In this document: piece after piece, positions 1 through 10,578 of the stretch
Layout: each line of letters begins with the position of its first letter
Position numbering within the stretch: the first letter of the stretch is position 1
Assembly: GCF_011683955.1 (NCBI RefSeq)
Contig: NZ_JAAQPI010000002.1
Span: 74,157 to 138,156 of the forward strand
DNA from: Pseudomaricurvus alkylphenolicus
Lineage (GTDB): Bacteria > Pseudomonadota > Gammaproteobacteria > Pseudomonadales > Cellvibrionaceae
DNA: 64,000 nt
Reading direction: 5' to 3'
Position numbers and translations under genes: made by a program
Notes under the pieces: generated by a model
What the model saw: the letters and a program-made list of their open reading frames with translations, nothing else
Told to the model about the DNA's origin: nothing
Databases searched by the model: none

Positions 1-107
1 TGACAAACCCCAACAGCATCCGATCAATATAGAATATCATGCCACCTCAAAGCAGGGTAAAAGCCCCCCACTTGTGATTACATTTTGGGCAACAGGCCCT
101 TATCATT

Positions 108-136
108 TTGACAACCATCTAGTGAAAATGTAATGT
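108..136 (+). promoter_or_regulatory. sigma70-like promoter: TTGACA, 17-nt spacer, TAATGT; about 35 nt upstream of the WYL regulator start
   Basis: Direct reading of the sequence: ttgaca accatctagtgaaaatg taatgt. Consensus -35, 17-bp spacer and a 5/6 match at -10. Confidence 0.35.
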
Positions 137-172
137 ACAACATGGACTTAGCCCAATATCAACGGATGATGA

Positions 173-1078
173 ATGCCCACCGCCCAATTGGATCAAGCCT
201 CACAACCTCAGCAAGAGCGACTCGCCTATATAGAGTTTCGCCTGTTATTTATCGGGTGTATTAACCGCAGCGACCTAGTTCACCGCTTTGGCTTGACAGA
301 GTCTGCTGCCTCCCGGGACCTGGCACTGTATAGACAGATCGCAAGCCCCAATATCGGCTACGACACCGTCCATCGCACATATAGGCTCGGAGCAAGAGCT
401 AAACCGCTATTTAACTACAACCCAGCACAAGCACTCATTGCATTGACAGAGGGGTTTGGGGACGATTTTGTCGCTCAATCCGCCCCCTGGCTACCTGCTG
501 AGCAACCCAGTCGCAGACGCGCACCTTCGATACAAGTGTTGATGCCCATCTGCCGTGCCCTGTTTAGTGGTAAAGCCATCAACATTCGCTATGGCTCGCT
601 CTCAAAGGGATTTGAGCAAAGAACAATAGTGCCCCTCACATTAGTCGACGACGGCCTTAAATGGCTCCTGAGAGCCTTTGAGAATGATAGCTATATTGAT
701 CTGGCATTGAATCGCATCGCAGCCGTCTCGCCAGCCAAGACCATTGCCAATGCAAAGAAACTGCGAGAGCAAGACAGTGAATGGCATCAACGAATCGAAT
801 TGGAGCTGGTGCCACACCCATCTCTGACACACCCGGAAGTGATTGAGCTGGAGTACGGCATGAAGGATGGCGTACTCCAGGTGCAACTGCAGGCCGCACT
901 AGCGGGCTACCTTCTAAGCCGGTGGAATGTCGATTGTACAACGGATCACCACCTGCAAGGTCCCAAGTACCAGCTCTGGCTACGCAATAGCGGCGCGTTG
1001 CAGCAGGCCGAACAACTCCCCAAATTAGCGCTGGCACCGGGCTCTAGTGCCGCTGTGATCATGCAAGCGAACGGATAA
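173..1078 (+). CDS. WYL-domain transcriptional regulator (BrxR/CapW-like, wHTH + WYL)
   Basis: N-terminal HTH-like segment (RLAYIEFRLLFIGCINRSDLVHRFGLTESAASRDLALYRQ). Central segment INIRYGS...RTIVPLTLVDDGLKWLLRAFEN matches the WYL-domain pattern. About 300 aa, the typical size for this family. Sits immediately upstream of a type I RM operon, as in defense islands. Confidence 0.55.
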   Translation: MPTAQLDQASQPQQERLAYIEFRLLFIGCINRSDLVHRFGLTESAASRDLALYRQIASPNIGYDTVHRTYRLGARAKPLFNYNPAQALIALTEGFGDDFVAQSAPWLPAEQPSRRRAPSIQVLMPICRALFSGKAINIRYGSLSKGFEQRTIVPLTLVDDGLKWLLRAFENDSYIDLALNRIAAVSPAKTIANAKKLREQDSEWHQRIELELVPHPSLTHPEVIELEYGMKDGVLQVQLQAALAGYLLSRWNVDCTTDHHLQGPKYQLWLRNSGALQQAEQLPKLALAPGSSAAVIMQANG

Positions 1079-1093
1079 CCACTAAGGAACCCT

Positions 1094-2800
1094 ATGAATA
1101 CCACGGAACAAGAATTCCTCAACGACCTCGACAGCAAACTCTGGAAGGCGGCCGACAAGCTGCGTGCCAACCTAGACGCCGCCAACTACAAGCACGTGGT
1201 GCTGGGGCTAATCTTCCTCAAGTACGTTTCCGACGCCTTTGAGGAGCGGCAGGAGGTGCTGCTGGAGCAGTTCCAGCACGATGATGACGACAACATCTAC
1301 TTCCTACCCCGTGAGGACTACGACAGCGACGCGGACTACCAGCAGGCGCTGACGGATGAGCTGGAGGTGCTGGACTACTACCGAGAGGCCAATGTGTTCT
1401 GGGTACCCAAGGCGGCCCGCTGGAAAACCTTGCAGGAGAAAGCCGCGCTGCCCATCGGCACGGTGCTGTGGCAGGACGCTGCCGGTACCGATGCAAAGCT
1501 GCGCTCGGTGTCGTGGCTGGTCGACAACGCGCTGGACGAGATCGAGAAGAGCAACGCCAAACTCAAGGGCATCCTGAACCGCATCGGCCAGTACCAGTTG
1601 GACAACGATACGCTGATCGGTCTGATCAACACCTTCTCCGATACCTCCTTCACCAAGCCGGTCCACCAAGGCACGCAGCTCGACCTGCACAGCAAGGACA
1701 TTCTCGGCCACGTCTACGAGTACTTCCTCGGCCAGTTCGCCTTGGCGGAGGGTAAGCAAGGCGGCCAATACTACACCCCCAAGAGCATCGTTACCCTAAT
1801 CGTCGAGATGCTGGAACCCTACGCCGGGCGCGTCTACGACCCTGCCATGGGATCGGGTGGCTTCTTTGTCTCCTCCGATAAGTTCATTGAGGAGCACGCC
1901 AGCGAGCAGCACTACAACGTCGCCGAGCAAAAGAAGCACATCTCGGTCTATGGGCAGGAGTCCAACCCCACTACGTGGAAACTGGCGGCGATGAACATGG
2001 CGATCCGGGGCATTGACTTCAACTTCGGCAAGAAGAACGCCGACAGTTTTCTCGACGATCAACACCCGGACCTGCGCGCCGACTTCGTGATGGCCAACCC
2101 GCCCTTCAACATCAAAGACTGGTGGAGCGAGTCACTGGCCGACGATGCGCGCTGGAAGTACGGTTCCCCGCCCAAGGGCAACGCCAACTTTGGCTGGATA
2201 CAGCATATGCTGCACCACCTCGCCCCCACCGGCAGCATGGCGCTACTGCTGGCCAACGGCTCCATGAGTTCCAATACCAACAACGAGGGCAAGATCCGCA
2301 AGCGCCTGATCGAAGAGGACCTCGTCGAGTGCATGGTGGCCTTGCCGGGACAGCTGTTTACCAACACCCAGATCCCCGCCTGTATCTGGTTCCTGACCAA
2401 AGACAAGAGCGGCAAGGACGGCAAGAAGCACGATCGTCGCGACGACATTCTGTTTATCGACGCCCGCAACCTCGGCTACATGAAGGATCGGGTGCTGCGT
2501 GATTTCACCACCGACGACATCCGCAAGGTGGCCGATACCTTCCATGCGTGGCAGAAAGGCGAAGGTTACGAAGACGTGCCCGGCTTCTGCGCCTCGGTAG
2601 ATTTTCAGGACGTTGCCAAGCACGACTTCGTGCTGACACCGGGCCGTTATGTGGGCGCACCGGATCAGGAGGATGACGGCGAACCCTTTGCCGAGAAGAT
2701 GGCGCGGCTGAGCACGCAACTGAAGGCCCAGTTTGACGAGAGCGGCCGACTGGAAGCGGCGATCAAAAGCAATCTGGGGGGGTTGGGGTATGAACTTTAG
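1094..2800 (+). CDS. hsdM: Type I restriction-modification system, DNA methyltransferase subunit M (N6-adenine)
   Basis: N-terminal HsdM domain (ELWKAADKLRANLDAANYKHVVLGLIFLKYVSD). AdoMet-binding motif DPAMGSGGFF. Catalytic motif IV NPPF (FVMANPPFNIKDWW). AAGGA RBS 5 nt before the ATG. Confidence 0.95.
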   Translation: MNTTEQEFLNDLDSKLWKAADKLRANLDAANYKHVVLGLIFLKYVSDAFEERQEVLLEQFQHDDDDNIYFLPREDYDSDADYQQALTDELEVLDYYREANVFWVPKAARWKTLQEKAALPIGTVLWQDAAGTDAKLRSVSWLVDNALDEIEKSNAKLKGILNRIGQYQLDNDTLIGLINTFSDTSFTKPVHQGTQLDLHSKDILGHVYEYFLGQFALAEGKQGGQYYTPKSIVTLIVEMLEPYAGRVYDPAMGSGGFFVSSDKFIEEHASEQHYNVAEQKKHISVYGQESNPTTWKLAAMNMAIRGIDFNFGKKNADSFLDDQHPDLRADFVMANPPFNIKDWWSESLADDARWKYGSPPKGNANFGWIQHMLHHLAPTGSMALLLANGSMSSNTNNEGKIRKRLIEEDLVECMVALPGQLFTNTQIPACIWFLTKDKSGKDGKKHDRRDDILFIDARNLGYMKDRVLRDFTTDDIRKVADTFHAWQKGEGYEDVPGFCASVDFQDVAKHDFVLTPGRYVGAPDQEDDGEPFAEKMARLSTQLKAQFDESGRLEAAIKSNLGGLGYEL

Positions 2801-4190
2801 TTTTTCAGCTCCTGATTCATGGACGTTTGTAAAGCTCAGCTCACTTGGAGAAGTGAATCGAGGTCGTTCTCGCCATCGCCCCCGAGATGCGGCGCACTTA
2901 TATGGCGGCCCATACCCCTTCATCCAGACTGGAGATGTGAAAGCATCTAATGGCCGAATAACTAGCCATACACAGACATACAGCGAAGCAGGTCTAGCTC
3001 AGAGCCGATTGTGGCCTGAAGGGACCATGTGCATAACTATCGCTGCAAACATCGCTGAGACTGGGATACTGCAGTTCCCAGCCTGCTTCCCTGATAGCGT
3101 TATTGGCTTCATTCCTGATCCTGAAAAGTGCGACATCCACTTCATCGAGTACATGTTTCGGTTGATGAAAAAACGGATTCAAGCACAGGCCACCGGAAGT
3201 GTGCAGGACAACATCAACCTCCAAACTCTTGAGCGCATCGAGTTCCCGATACCTAGTCTCAAAGAGCAAAGAAACATAGCCGAAGTACTTTGCCGGTTAG
3301 ACGACAAAATCCAGCTCAACCACCAGATCAACCAAACCCTCGAACAGATGGCACAGGCGATCTTTAAGAGCTGGTTTGTTGACTTCGAGCCGGTCAAGGC
3401 CAAGATCGCCGCACTGGAAGCAGGCGGCAGCGCCGCCGATGCCGAACTGGCCGCTGTGCGGGTGATCAGTGGTAGAGGCGCTGACCAACTCGCCCAGATG
3501 GCCGCCGAACAGTCCGAGCAGTACACCGAACTCCAAGCCACCGCCGCGCTATTCCCTGCCGCGATGCAGTCCAGTGAGCTGGGGGAGATACCGGAGAGGT
3601 GGGAAACCTCGACCGTAGGAGCGGAATTCGATGTCACAATGGGGCAGTCACCGCCGGGAGATACGTACAACGAGGATGGCGAGGGAATTGCATTCTTTCA
3701 AGGACGAAGAGATTTTGGCGTCAGGTTTCCAAGTAATCGGGTCTATTGTACCGCGCCCAAAAGAATGGCCAACGAGGGCGACACCTTACTAAGCGTTCGG
3801 GCACCAGTTGGCGATGTAAACATCGCGGCCAGCAATTGCTGTGTTGGCCGAGGATTGGCTGCGTTGCGTCATAAGTCTGGATGCGAGTCGTTTACCTATT
3901 ACAGCGTCCTTGAATTGGGCCACCAACTCGCCTCCTTTGACTCAGAGGGCACGGTATTTGGTTCGATAAACCAGAAGAATCTAAAGGCGCTAGACCTGCC
4001 AAAGCCTCCTTCAAGTCTAATCGAGCGGTTTTCAGCAATAGCCGGAAACCTTGATGGGGAAGTGCGCACTCTAAGTCAGCAGATAAACACTCTTAGCTAT
4101 CTTCGTGACTCATTGCTACCCAAACTCCTCTCCGGTGAACTCACCTCGCCCGAAGAAAAACCACAGTTACAGGACGTAGCCAATGTTTAA
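2790..4190 (+). CDS. hsdS: Type I restriction-modification system, specificity subunit S
   Basis: Two target-recognition domains separated by the conserved HsdS central helix (SLKEQRNIAEVLCRLDDKIQLNHQINQTLEQMAQAIFKSWFVDFEPV) and a C-terminal conserved repeat (LSYLRDSLLPKLLSGEL). The ATG at 2790 overlaps the hsdM stop, suggesting translational coupling. The ORF-track start at 2733 is an upstream alternative codon. Confidence 0.9.
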   Translation: MNFSFSAPDSWTFVKLSSLGEVNRGRSRHRPRDAAHLYGGPYPFIQTGDVKASNGRITSHTQTYSEAGLAQSRLWPEGTMCITIAANIAETGILQFPACFPDSVIGFIPDPEKCDIHFIEYMFRLMKKRIQAQATGSVQDNINLQTLERIEFPIPSLKEQRNIAEVLCRLDDKIQLNHQINQTLEQMAQAIFKSWFVDFEPVKAKIAALEAGGSAADAELAAVRVISGRGADQLAQMAAEQSEQYTELQATAALFPAAMQSSELGEIPERWETSTVGAEFDVTMGQSPPGDTYNEDGEGIAFFQGRRDFGVRFPSNRVYCTAPKRMANEGDTLLSVRAPVGDVNIAASNCCVGRGLAALRHKSGCESFTYYSVLELGHQLASFDSEGTVFGSINQKNLKALDLPKPPSSLIERFSAIAGNLDGEVRTLSQQINTLSYLRDSLLPKLLSGELTSPEEKPQLQDVANV

Positions 4191-5343
4191 GATCGACTCG
4201 CAGCAGAACCGTATCGCCCCGCTGGAGGCCAAGCGCTTTGGCGAGCTGGGTTTTACCGAGCGTAAGCACCTGCAGGAGTGGTTGGAGAACTGCCCGCAGG
4301 CACTGGCACAGGGCGAAGGTGAGGAGCTGTTGATCATCCAGAAGGAGTTCGACGGCTTCGACGACACTCGCGAGCGCCTCGACCTGCTGGCACTGGATAA
4401 AGAGGGCAATCTGGTCATCATCGAGAACAAGCTCGATGACACCGGCCGTGATGTGGTCTGGCAGGCGCTCAAGTACGCCAGCTACTGCGCCAACCTCAGC
4501 AAGCAGCAGGTGGTCGACATCTACCAGCGCTACCTCAACCAGAAGGCGCAGGAGAGCGGCCAACCCGCCGCCAGTGCTGTCGACAACCTGATCGAGTTTC
4601 TCGACGTAGACGGGCTGGAGGCGGCCCAGATCAACCGCATCAAGACCCAGCGACTGATCTTCGTCGCCGCCCGCTACCGCAAGGAGGTGACCAATACCGT
4701 GCTCTGGCTGAGCCAGTTCGGCATCGCCTGTCAGTGCTTCAAAGTCACTCCCTTTCAGGCGGGCGATGAACTGTTTCTCAGCTGTGAGCAGATCATCCCC
4801 ACCCCGGAGTCCTCAGAGTTCATGATCGGCATGGTCGCCAAGGAGGCCGAGGAGAAAAGCGCCGACACCGAACAGAAGCAGCGCCACACCCTACGGCTGG
4901 CATTCTGGGAACAGGCACTGGAGGCCTTCGGCCAAAGCGCCTGTTCGTTGTACAACAACATCAGTCCCTCGAAGGATCACTGGTTGAGCGCCGGGTCAGG
5001 CATGCGTGCGATGCCTTACAACCTGATTTTCGGTAAGAATGAGGTCCGGGTGGAGTTTAGTTTGCAGCGCAGCGAGGCTGAGGTGAACACCTACGTGTTT
5101 GATCAACTGTCGGCCCAGAAAGAAGCCATCGAAGCCTCCTTTGGCCACGCGCTGTCTTGGTCACCCCTGCCCAACAAGAAGGCCTGCCGCATCCAGTATG
5201 CCAAGGCGGTGGACGGCTATGACAAGGCCAACTGGCTGGAGATGATCCAGTGGCTGGTTGATCACATGACCAAGCTGGAAAACGCTCTGCAAGAACCACT
5301 AAAGGGGATTAACCAGCGGCTGAAGCAAGAGGCCTTTGCATGA
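4183..5343 (+). CDS. PD-(D/E)xK nuclease-like protein (NucS/RecB-fold N-domain with a DUF4268-like C-region) embedded in the type I RM operon
   Basis: Motif ...RLDLLALDKEGNLVIIENKLDD... gives the D-x(n)-E-x-K arrangement of PD-(D/E)xK nucleases. The start overlaps the hsdS stop by 8 nt and the stop overlaps the next gene start (ATGA). Confidence 0.55.
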   Translation: MFKIDSQQNRIAPLEAKRFGELGFTERKHLQEWLENCPQALAQGEGEELLIIQKEFDGFDDTRERLDLLALDKEGNLVIIENKLDDTGRDVVWQALKYASYCANLSKQQVVDIYQRYLNQKAQESGQPAASAVDNLIEFLDVDGLEAAQINRIKTQRLIFVAARYRKEVTNTVLWLSQFGIACQCFKVTPFQAGDELFLSCEQIIPTPESSEFMIGMVAKEAEEKSADTEQKQRHTLRLAFWEQALEAFGQSACSLYNNISPSKDHWLSAGSGMRAMPYNLIFGKNEVRVEFSLQRSEAEVNTYVFDQLSAQKEAIEASFGHALSWSPLPNKKACRIQYAKAVDGYDKANWLEMIQWLVDHMTKLENALQEPLKGINQRLKQEAFA

Positions 5344-6311
5344 CACCAGCCCCCAAGCCGTGGAAGTCATTCGAGGAGCAGCTAGATCTGCTGCATGAGC
5401 GCGGATTGCTGATTGATCAGCCCGAAGCCGCTATGAGCTATCTGGAGCGCCTCGGCTACTACCGCTTAAGTGGCTACTGGTATCCATTCCGGCAGCTGGA
5501 TGACGCACCTCAAGAAGATGGTGCTACTGTACCGAAGAGGCTGGATGCCTTTATTTCCAACAGTCATTTTGAAGAGGTCGTCAAGCTCTATGTCTTCGAC
5601 AAAAAGCTCCGACTACTGGCACTGGATGCGCTGGAGCGCATAGAAATGGCGCTGCGGGTCGATATCGCGCACCTGCTGGGCGAGCAAGACATACATGCCC
5701 ACGAGAATCCAGACTGTTTCCATGGGAGGTTCAGCAAACAAATCAAGAGAAGGGGCCCTGCTACGGGTAAAACCGAGCATCAGGCTTGGCTGGAAAAGTA
5801 CCGCAGCCATCTGAAACGCGCCCGCAGGGAGCCTTTTGTCGCCCACTACCAAAGCAAGTACGGACTGTTGCCTGTTTGGGTCGCCATCGAAGTATGGGAT
5901 TTTGGCATGATGTCACGGCTTTATGCGGGCATGAAATGGCCTGATCAGGACCGAATCGCCGCCAAATACGGTGCCGCAGACGGCCGCATCTTCGCCTCAT
6001 GGCTAAGAAGCCTGAACTTTATCCGAAATGTGTCAGCCCATCACAGCCGCCTTTGGAATATCAACGTTCTGGAGCGCTCCAACCTGCTGTTTGATGACGA
6101 GTATTGGCAGGCTCTGAACAATGCCCGCCCATTCTTCTACTTTTGCCTAATCCAGAAGCTGATGCGCGTTATCTGCCCAAACTCGACTTGGGCAGAGCGG
6201 TTTGAGGGTGTTACGGGAGAGTTTCCCGCCACTGGCTCGGGGGCTGTCAAACTGGCTGATTTTGGACTGCTTGAAGGCTGGCAGGAATGGGATTTATGGA
6301 GCCAGAAATGA
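5340..6311 (+). CDS. Abi family abortive-infection protein (Abi_2 / AbiD-AbiF-like)
   Basis: N-terminus KPWKSFEEQLDLLHERGLLIDQPEAAMSYLERLGYYRLSGYWYPFRQ matches the conserved Abi_2 N-terminal signature (..FEEQ..LL..RGL.I.D...A...L..I.YYRLS.YW). Start overlaps the preceding stop (ATGA). Inside the type I RM operon. Confidence 0.65.
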   Translation: MTPAPKPWKSFEEQLDLLHERGLLIDQPEAAMSYLERLGYYRLSGYWYPFRQLDDAPQEDGATVPKRLDAFISNSHFEEVVKLYVFDKKLRLLALDALERIEMALRVDIAHLLGEQDIHAHENPDCFHGRFSKQIKRRGPATGKTEHQAWLEKYRSHLKRARREPFVAHYQSKYGLLPVWVAIEVWDFGMMSRLYAGMKWPDQDRIAAKYGAADGRIFASWLRSLNFIRNVSAHHSRLWNINVLERSNLLFDDEYWQALNNARPFFYFCLIQKLMRVICPNSTWAERFEGVTGEFPATGSGAVKLADFGLLEGWQEWDLWSQK

Positions 6312-6432
6312 GAACCGGCGCGTACACAGTAAACTGCGAAGAGGCGCCGGGCGTATTAAGGGCTAGTATAGCGCCCAACCCAAGGAAAGCAATATGCAGA
6401 AAGGGCATATTGATGTCGAATAGGATTCACTG

Positions 6433-9400
6433 ATGAACGAAGATCAACTGGAGCAACTCTGCCTTGAGTGGTTTGCCGAAGGAGGTTGGGAGGTCGCCCA
6501 CGGGCCAGACATCGCCCATGACGGCCCGTGCCCAGAACGCAAGGACTACCGGCAGGTGCTACTGGCGGGTGATTTGGAGGCGGCTATACGTCGCATCAAT
6601 CCTCAACTGCCTGATACGGCTGTCGAGGAGGTGGTTGCTCAGGTCAGCAAGCCCGAGAGCCTCGACCTGGTGGTCAGCAACCGAGCCTTTCACCGTTTGT
6701 TGCTGGAGGGCGTACCGGTCGAGTACAAGCGCGATGACAAGCCGGTACACGACCACGCCCTACTGATAGACTTCGGCTCAGTAGACGCTAACCGCTTCCG
6801 CGTGATCAATCAGTTTACTATTGAGGGCACCAAACAACTGAGGCGACCTGACGTGGTGTGCTTTATCAATGGATTGCCCATCGCAGTGCTGGAGCTGAAA
6901 AGCCCCTCCGCGGAAAACGCCGACGTCTGGGACGCGTTCAACCAGCTGCAGACCTACAAGGATGAGGTCGCCGAGTTGTTCGTCACAAACGAAGCGCTGA
7001 TTGTCAGCGATGGCTATACCGCTCGCCTCGGCTCGCTGACCGCCAATCAGGAGCGCTTCCTGCCATGGCGTACCATCCAGCACGAGGACGACAAGCCACT
7101 GCTGGAGTGGCAGTTAGAGACGCTCGTGCGCGGCTTCTTCGACCGAACACTGCTGCTCGACTACATCCGCTACTTTGTGCTGTTCGAGACCGACTCCGAC
7201 AAGCTGATCAAGAAGATTGCCGGCTACCACCAGTTTCATGCGGTGCGTGAAGCTGTTAAGGCCACTGTGATTGCCGCCGAGCAGGTCGATGGCGTCGCTG
7301 AAAAACGAGCCACCTACGCCGAGCATGTGGTACCCGGCAGTAAGAAGGCCGGTGTGGTTTGGCATACCCAAGGCTCAGGCAAGAGCATCTCGATGTGCTG
7401 CTATGCTGGCAAATTGCTGCAGCAACCACAGATGAACAATCCGACGCTGATTGTCGTCACCGACCGCAACGATCTAGACGGCCAACTATTTGCTACCTTC
7501 ACTGCCGCTAAAGAACTGCTCAAGCAAACGCCAGTACAGGCCGATGACCGGGACAAGCTGCGCCAGTTACTAGCTGAACGCGAGTCCGGCGGCATCATAT
7601 TCACCACGGTGCAGAAGTTCGCCCTGCTCAACGACGAGAGTCACCACCCGATACTGAATGATCGGCACAACATCGTGGTGATCTCCGATGAGGCCCACCG
7701 CAGCCAGTACGGCCTCAAGGCTACTCTCAAGCAGGACGGCAGTTACAAGTTCGGCTATGCCAAGCATATGCGTGACGCGCTGCCCAACGCAGCCTTCATC
7801 GGCTTTACCGGCACACCCATCGCCAGTGAAGACAAGGACACCCGCGCCGTGTTCGGCGACTACGTCTCTATCTACGATATACAGGACGCGGTGGAAGATG
7901 GCGCAACGGTGCCGATCTACTACGAGTCCCGTCTGGCCAAGCTCGACCTCAACCACGATGAGATCGAGGAACTCTCAGATCAGGTTGACGAGGTGGTCGA
8001 GGATGAGGAAGACGCCAGCGCCCGCGAGAAAACCAAGGGCGAGTGGAGTCGACTGGAGAAACTGGTTGGGGCTGAGCCGCGCCTAGAGCAAGTGGCAGCT
8101 GACCTCGTTACTCACTTCGAGTCGCGCACCGCCAGCATCGACGGCAAGGCGATGATCGTCGCCATGAGCCGTGACATATGCGCTCACTTGTACAACGCTA
8201 TCGTGGCTCTGCGGCCAGAGTGGCACGACCCGGACCCCGAGAAAGGGGCGATAAAGATCGTGATGACCGGCTCCGCTTCGGACAAGCCGCTACTGCAGCC
8301 CCACATCTACAACAAGCAGACCAAGAAACGGCTGGAGAAACGCTTTAAGGACCTCACCGATCCGCTCAAACTGGTAATCGTGCGTGACATGTGGTTGACG
8401 GGTTTTGACGCCCCGTGCTGCCATACAATGTATGTCGACAAGCCGATGAAGGGCCACAACCTGATGCAGGCCATCGCCCGCGTTAACCGGGTGTTCAAGG
8501 ACAAGCCCGGCGGCTTGGTGGTGGACTATATCGGCATCGCCAACGAGCTGAAGCAGGCGCTGAAGACCTACACCGACTCCAAGGGCAAGGGCGCTCCGGC
8601 CCATAGCGCCGAAGAAGCCTTTGCGATACTGGTGGAAAAACTCGATGCCGTGCGCGGTATGTTCGCCAAGGGACCAAAGAGTGAAGGCTTTGACTACAGC
8701 GCCTTCGAGACTGAGGCCCACAAGCTTCTGGTACCAGCGGCCAACTACATCTTCGGCCTCGATGATGGCAAGAAGCGCTTTCTCGATCTGGTGCTGGCCA
8801 TTACCAAGGCCTACTCCCTATGTGGCACATTGGACGAGGCCCGCGCCCTGCAAAAGGAGATCGCCTTCCTGACAGCGGTTAAGGCAGCCATCGCCAAACA
8901 CACCAGCGTCGACCGCAAGCTGACCGAAGCCGAAAAGAACTCGGCACTGAAGCAGATACTGGATAACGCGGTGATCGCCCAAGGCGTCGACGACGTATTC
9001 GCCCTCTGCGGCCTCGATAAGCCCAATATCGGCCTGCTCTCAGATGAGTTCTTGGAAGACGTGCGCCAGATGCCCTACAAGAACCTCGCCGTCGAGTTGC
9101 TGGAAAAACTGCTGAAGGATGACATCCGCGCCAGAACCCGCAATAACGTTGTACAAGAGAAGAAGTACGCCGACCGCCTGCAGGAGACGCTACGCAAGTA
9201 TAACAACCGCGCCATCGAGACCGCTCAGGTCATTGAAGAGCTCATCGACATGGCCAAGCAATTTCAAGAGGAAATGGCCCGTGAGGCAGCTCTCGGTCTC
9301 AACAGCGACGAAATCGCTTTCTACGATGCTCTAGCCAACAATGAAAGTGCGGTTCGTGAGCTTGGAGATGATGCTCTAAAGAAGATTGCTGTGGAAATTA

Positions 9401-9582
9401 CGAACAAGCTTCGGAAATCCACCACCGTCGACTGGCAGGTAAGGGAAAGCGTGAGAGCAAAATTGCGTATTCTGGTGCGGCGTACCCTTCGGCGCTATAA
9501 ATATCCCCCTGACGAGGCTCCTGCGGCGGTGGAACTCGTGCTGCAACAGGCTGAGGCTTTGTCCAATGGTTGGTCCAGCTAG
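6433..9582 (+). CDS. hsdR: Type I restriction-modification system, restriction endonuclease subunit R (SF2 helicase/translocase)
   Basis: Walker A ([11 protein letters not shown]), DEAH box ([10 protein letters not shown]), helicase motif VI (QAIARVNRV). The 1049-aa length is typical of HsdR. Follows hsdM/hsdS after a 120-bp gap. Confidence 0.95.
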   Translation: MNEDQLEQLCLEWFAEGGWEVAHGPDIAHDGPCPERKDYRQVLLAGDLEAAIRRINPQLPDTAVEEVVAQVSKPESLDLVVSNRAFHRLLLEGVPVEYKRDDKPVHDHALLIDFGSVDANRFRVINQFTIEGTKQLRRPDVVCFINGLPIAVLELKSPSAENADVWDAFNQLQTYKDEVAELFVTNEALIVSDGYTARLGSLTANQERFLPWRTIQHEDDKPLLEWQLETLVRGFFDRTLLLDYIRYFVLFETDSDKLIKKIAGYHQFHAVREAVKATVIAAEQVDGVAEKRATYAEHVVPGSKKAGVVWHTQGSGKSISMCCYAGKLLQQPQMNNPTLIVVTDRNDLDGQLFATFTAAKELLKQTPVQADDRDKLRQLLAERESGGIIFTTVQKFALLNDESHHPILNDRHNIVVISDEAHRSQYGLKATLKQDGSYKFGYAKHMRDALPNAAFIGFTGTPIASEDKDTRAVFGDYVSIYDIQDAVEDGATVPIYYESRLAKLDLNHDEIEELSDQVDEVVEDEEDASAREKTKGEWSRLEKLVGAEPRLEQVAADLVTHFESRTASIDGKAMIVAMSRDICAHLYNAIVALRPEWHDPDPEKGAIKIVMTGSASDKPLLQPHIYNKQTKKRLEKRFKDLTDPLKLVIVRDMWLTGFDAPCCHTMYVDKPMKGHNLMQAIARVNRVFKDKPGGLVVDYIGIANELKQALKTYTDSKGKGAPAHSAEEAFAILVEKLDAVRGMFAKGPKSEGFDYSAFETEAHKLLVPAANYIFGLDDGKKRFLDLVLAITKAYSLCGTLDEARALQKEIAFLTAVKAAIAKHTSVDRKLTEAEKNSALKQILDNAVIAQGVDDVFALCGLDKPNIGLLSDEFLEDVRQMPYKNLAVELLEKLLKDDIRARTRNNVVQEKKYADRLQETLRKYNNRAIETAQVIEELIDMAKQFQEEMAREAALGLNSDEIAFYDALANNESAVRELGDDALKKIAVEITNKLRKSTTVDWQVRESVRAKLRILVRRTLRRYKYPPDEAPAAVELVLQQAEALSNGWSS

Positions 9583-9736
9583 AAATCCGAATCGACTGAT
9601 CAAATATGGATTTAAATGACGTTGGAGCCATCCCCAACGGCAACTATACACCACCAGACTGCCCTCTTATGGAGTAGCGCTGGCTTGACGGCCGGCGACG
9701 AAAGGCCAAAATAGATACAGGCAGGAGCTTTAAAAT

Positions 9737-10576
9737 ATGGATATTGGGATAGACACCAGAACAGGCCGGATTTTTGAAGGACAGGCCCCTCAGGTGGTGC
9801 GTGAGCTGAACCCCACACCACTATTCTCCCCTTGCAAGCTGGTCACCAACAGGACGGAACTCAGTGAAGGCCCTGATCCATCCCAGGAAACCAGAGTACT
9901 AATGTTTCGAGAGGACTTCTTTGATCCCAAGAGTCGAATTCGCCGAGGAAGAATTTATCGTGCTCGGGAATCGCAACCTCTATTTTGGCATTTGCCAGGG
10001 CCAAATAAGATCGAGACTCAAGGATATAACCGCACATCAATCTGGGCACAGTACATCCGCGATGGCCATCAGCATATCTACGTGCTGCTAGGGGACAAGG
10101 TACGCTTTACCGTCTGGAAGTTGATTGACCTAGAAGTGATGGCTACTAAAGAAGAATTAATCACAATCAAGGCCGTTAACACCTTTGGTCTGCTGCCAGA
10201 TCTCATAGAGTCTGAAGTTCCAACAGAAGAGCTGCCGCTCATTAGAAGGAAGTTAGATTTGGTCGTTGACGACTTGTACGTCGCCAGCGCCGAATCCGTT
10301 GTTGACTGCTGTAGGGAGGCTGTATCAGCGATCCTAGGCGCCTACTTGGAAATTAGAGATCAAGACCTATCAGATTTGAGCAAAGCACTGGCCAACACCA
10401 ATCCTCCAAGGTATCTGGCGAAAGACCTGTCCAACGTTCTCGCACTGCTCCATCCCCGCCGTAAAGCTTCCGAGGAGCGCCGTAGAGGAACCCGCCGCAT
10501 TACTGATGAGGATGCACAGCTGGCGGTGTCCTGTCTCAGCACAATTATGATTGAATTGGGATGGGGCCGCTGGTAG
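9737..10576 (+). CDS. Hypothetical protein (no recognizable domain)
   Basis: Long ORF with an AGGAG RBS about 10 nt before the ATG. Coding-like composition but lower GC than its neighbours. No family signature recognised. Confidence 0.5.
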   Translation: MDIGIDTRTGRIFEGQAPQVVRELNPTPLFSPCKLVTNRTELSEGPDPSQETRVLMFREDFFDPKSRIRRGRIYRARESQPLFWHLPGPNKIETQGYNRTSIWAQYIRDGHQHIYVLLGDKVRFTVWKLIDLEVMATKEELITIKAVNTFGLLPDLIESEVPTEELPLIRRKLDLVVDDLYVASAESVVDCCREAVSAILGAYLEIRDQDLSDLSKALANTNPPRYLAKDLSNVLALLHPRRKASEERRRGTRRITDEDAQLAVSCLSTIMIELGWGRW

Positions 10577-10578
10577 GC

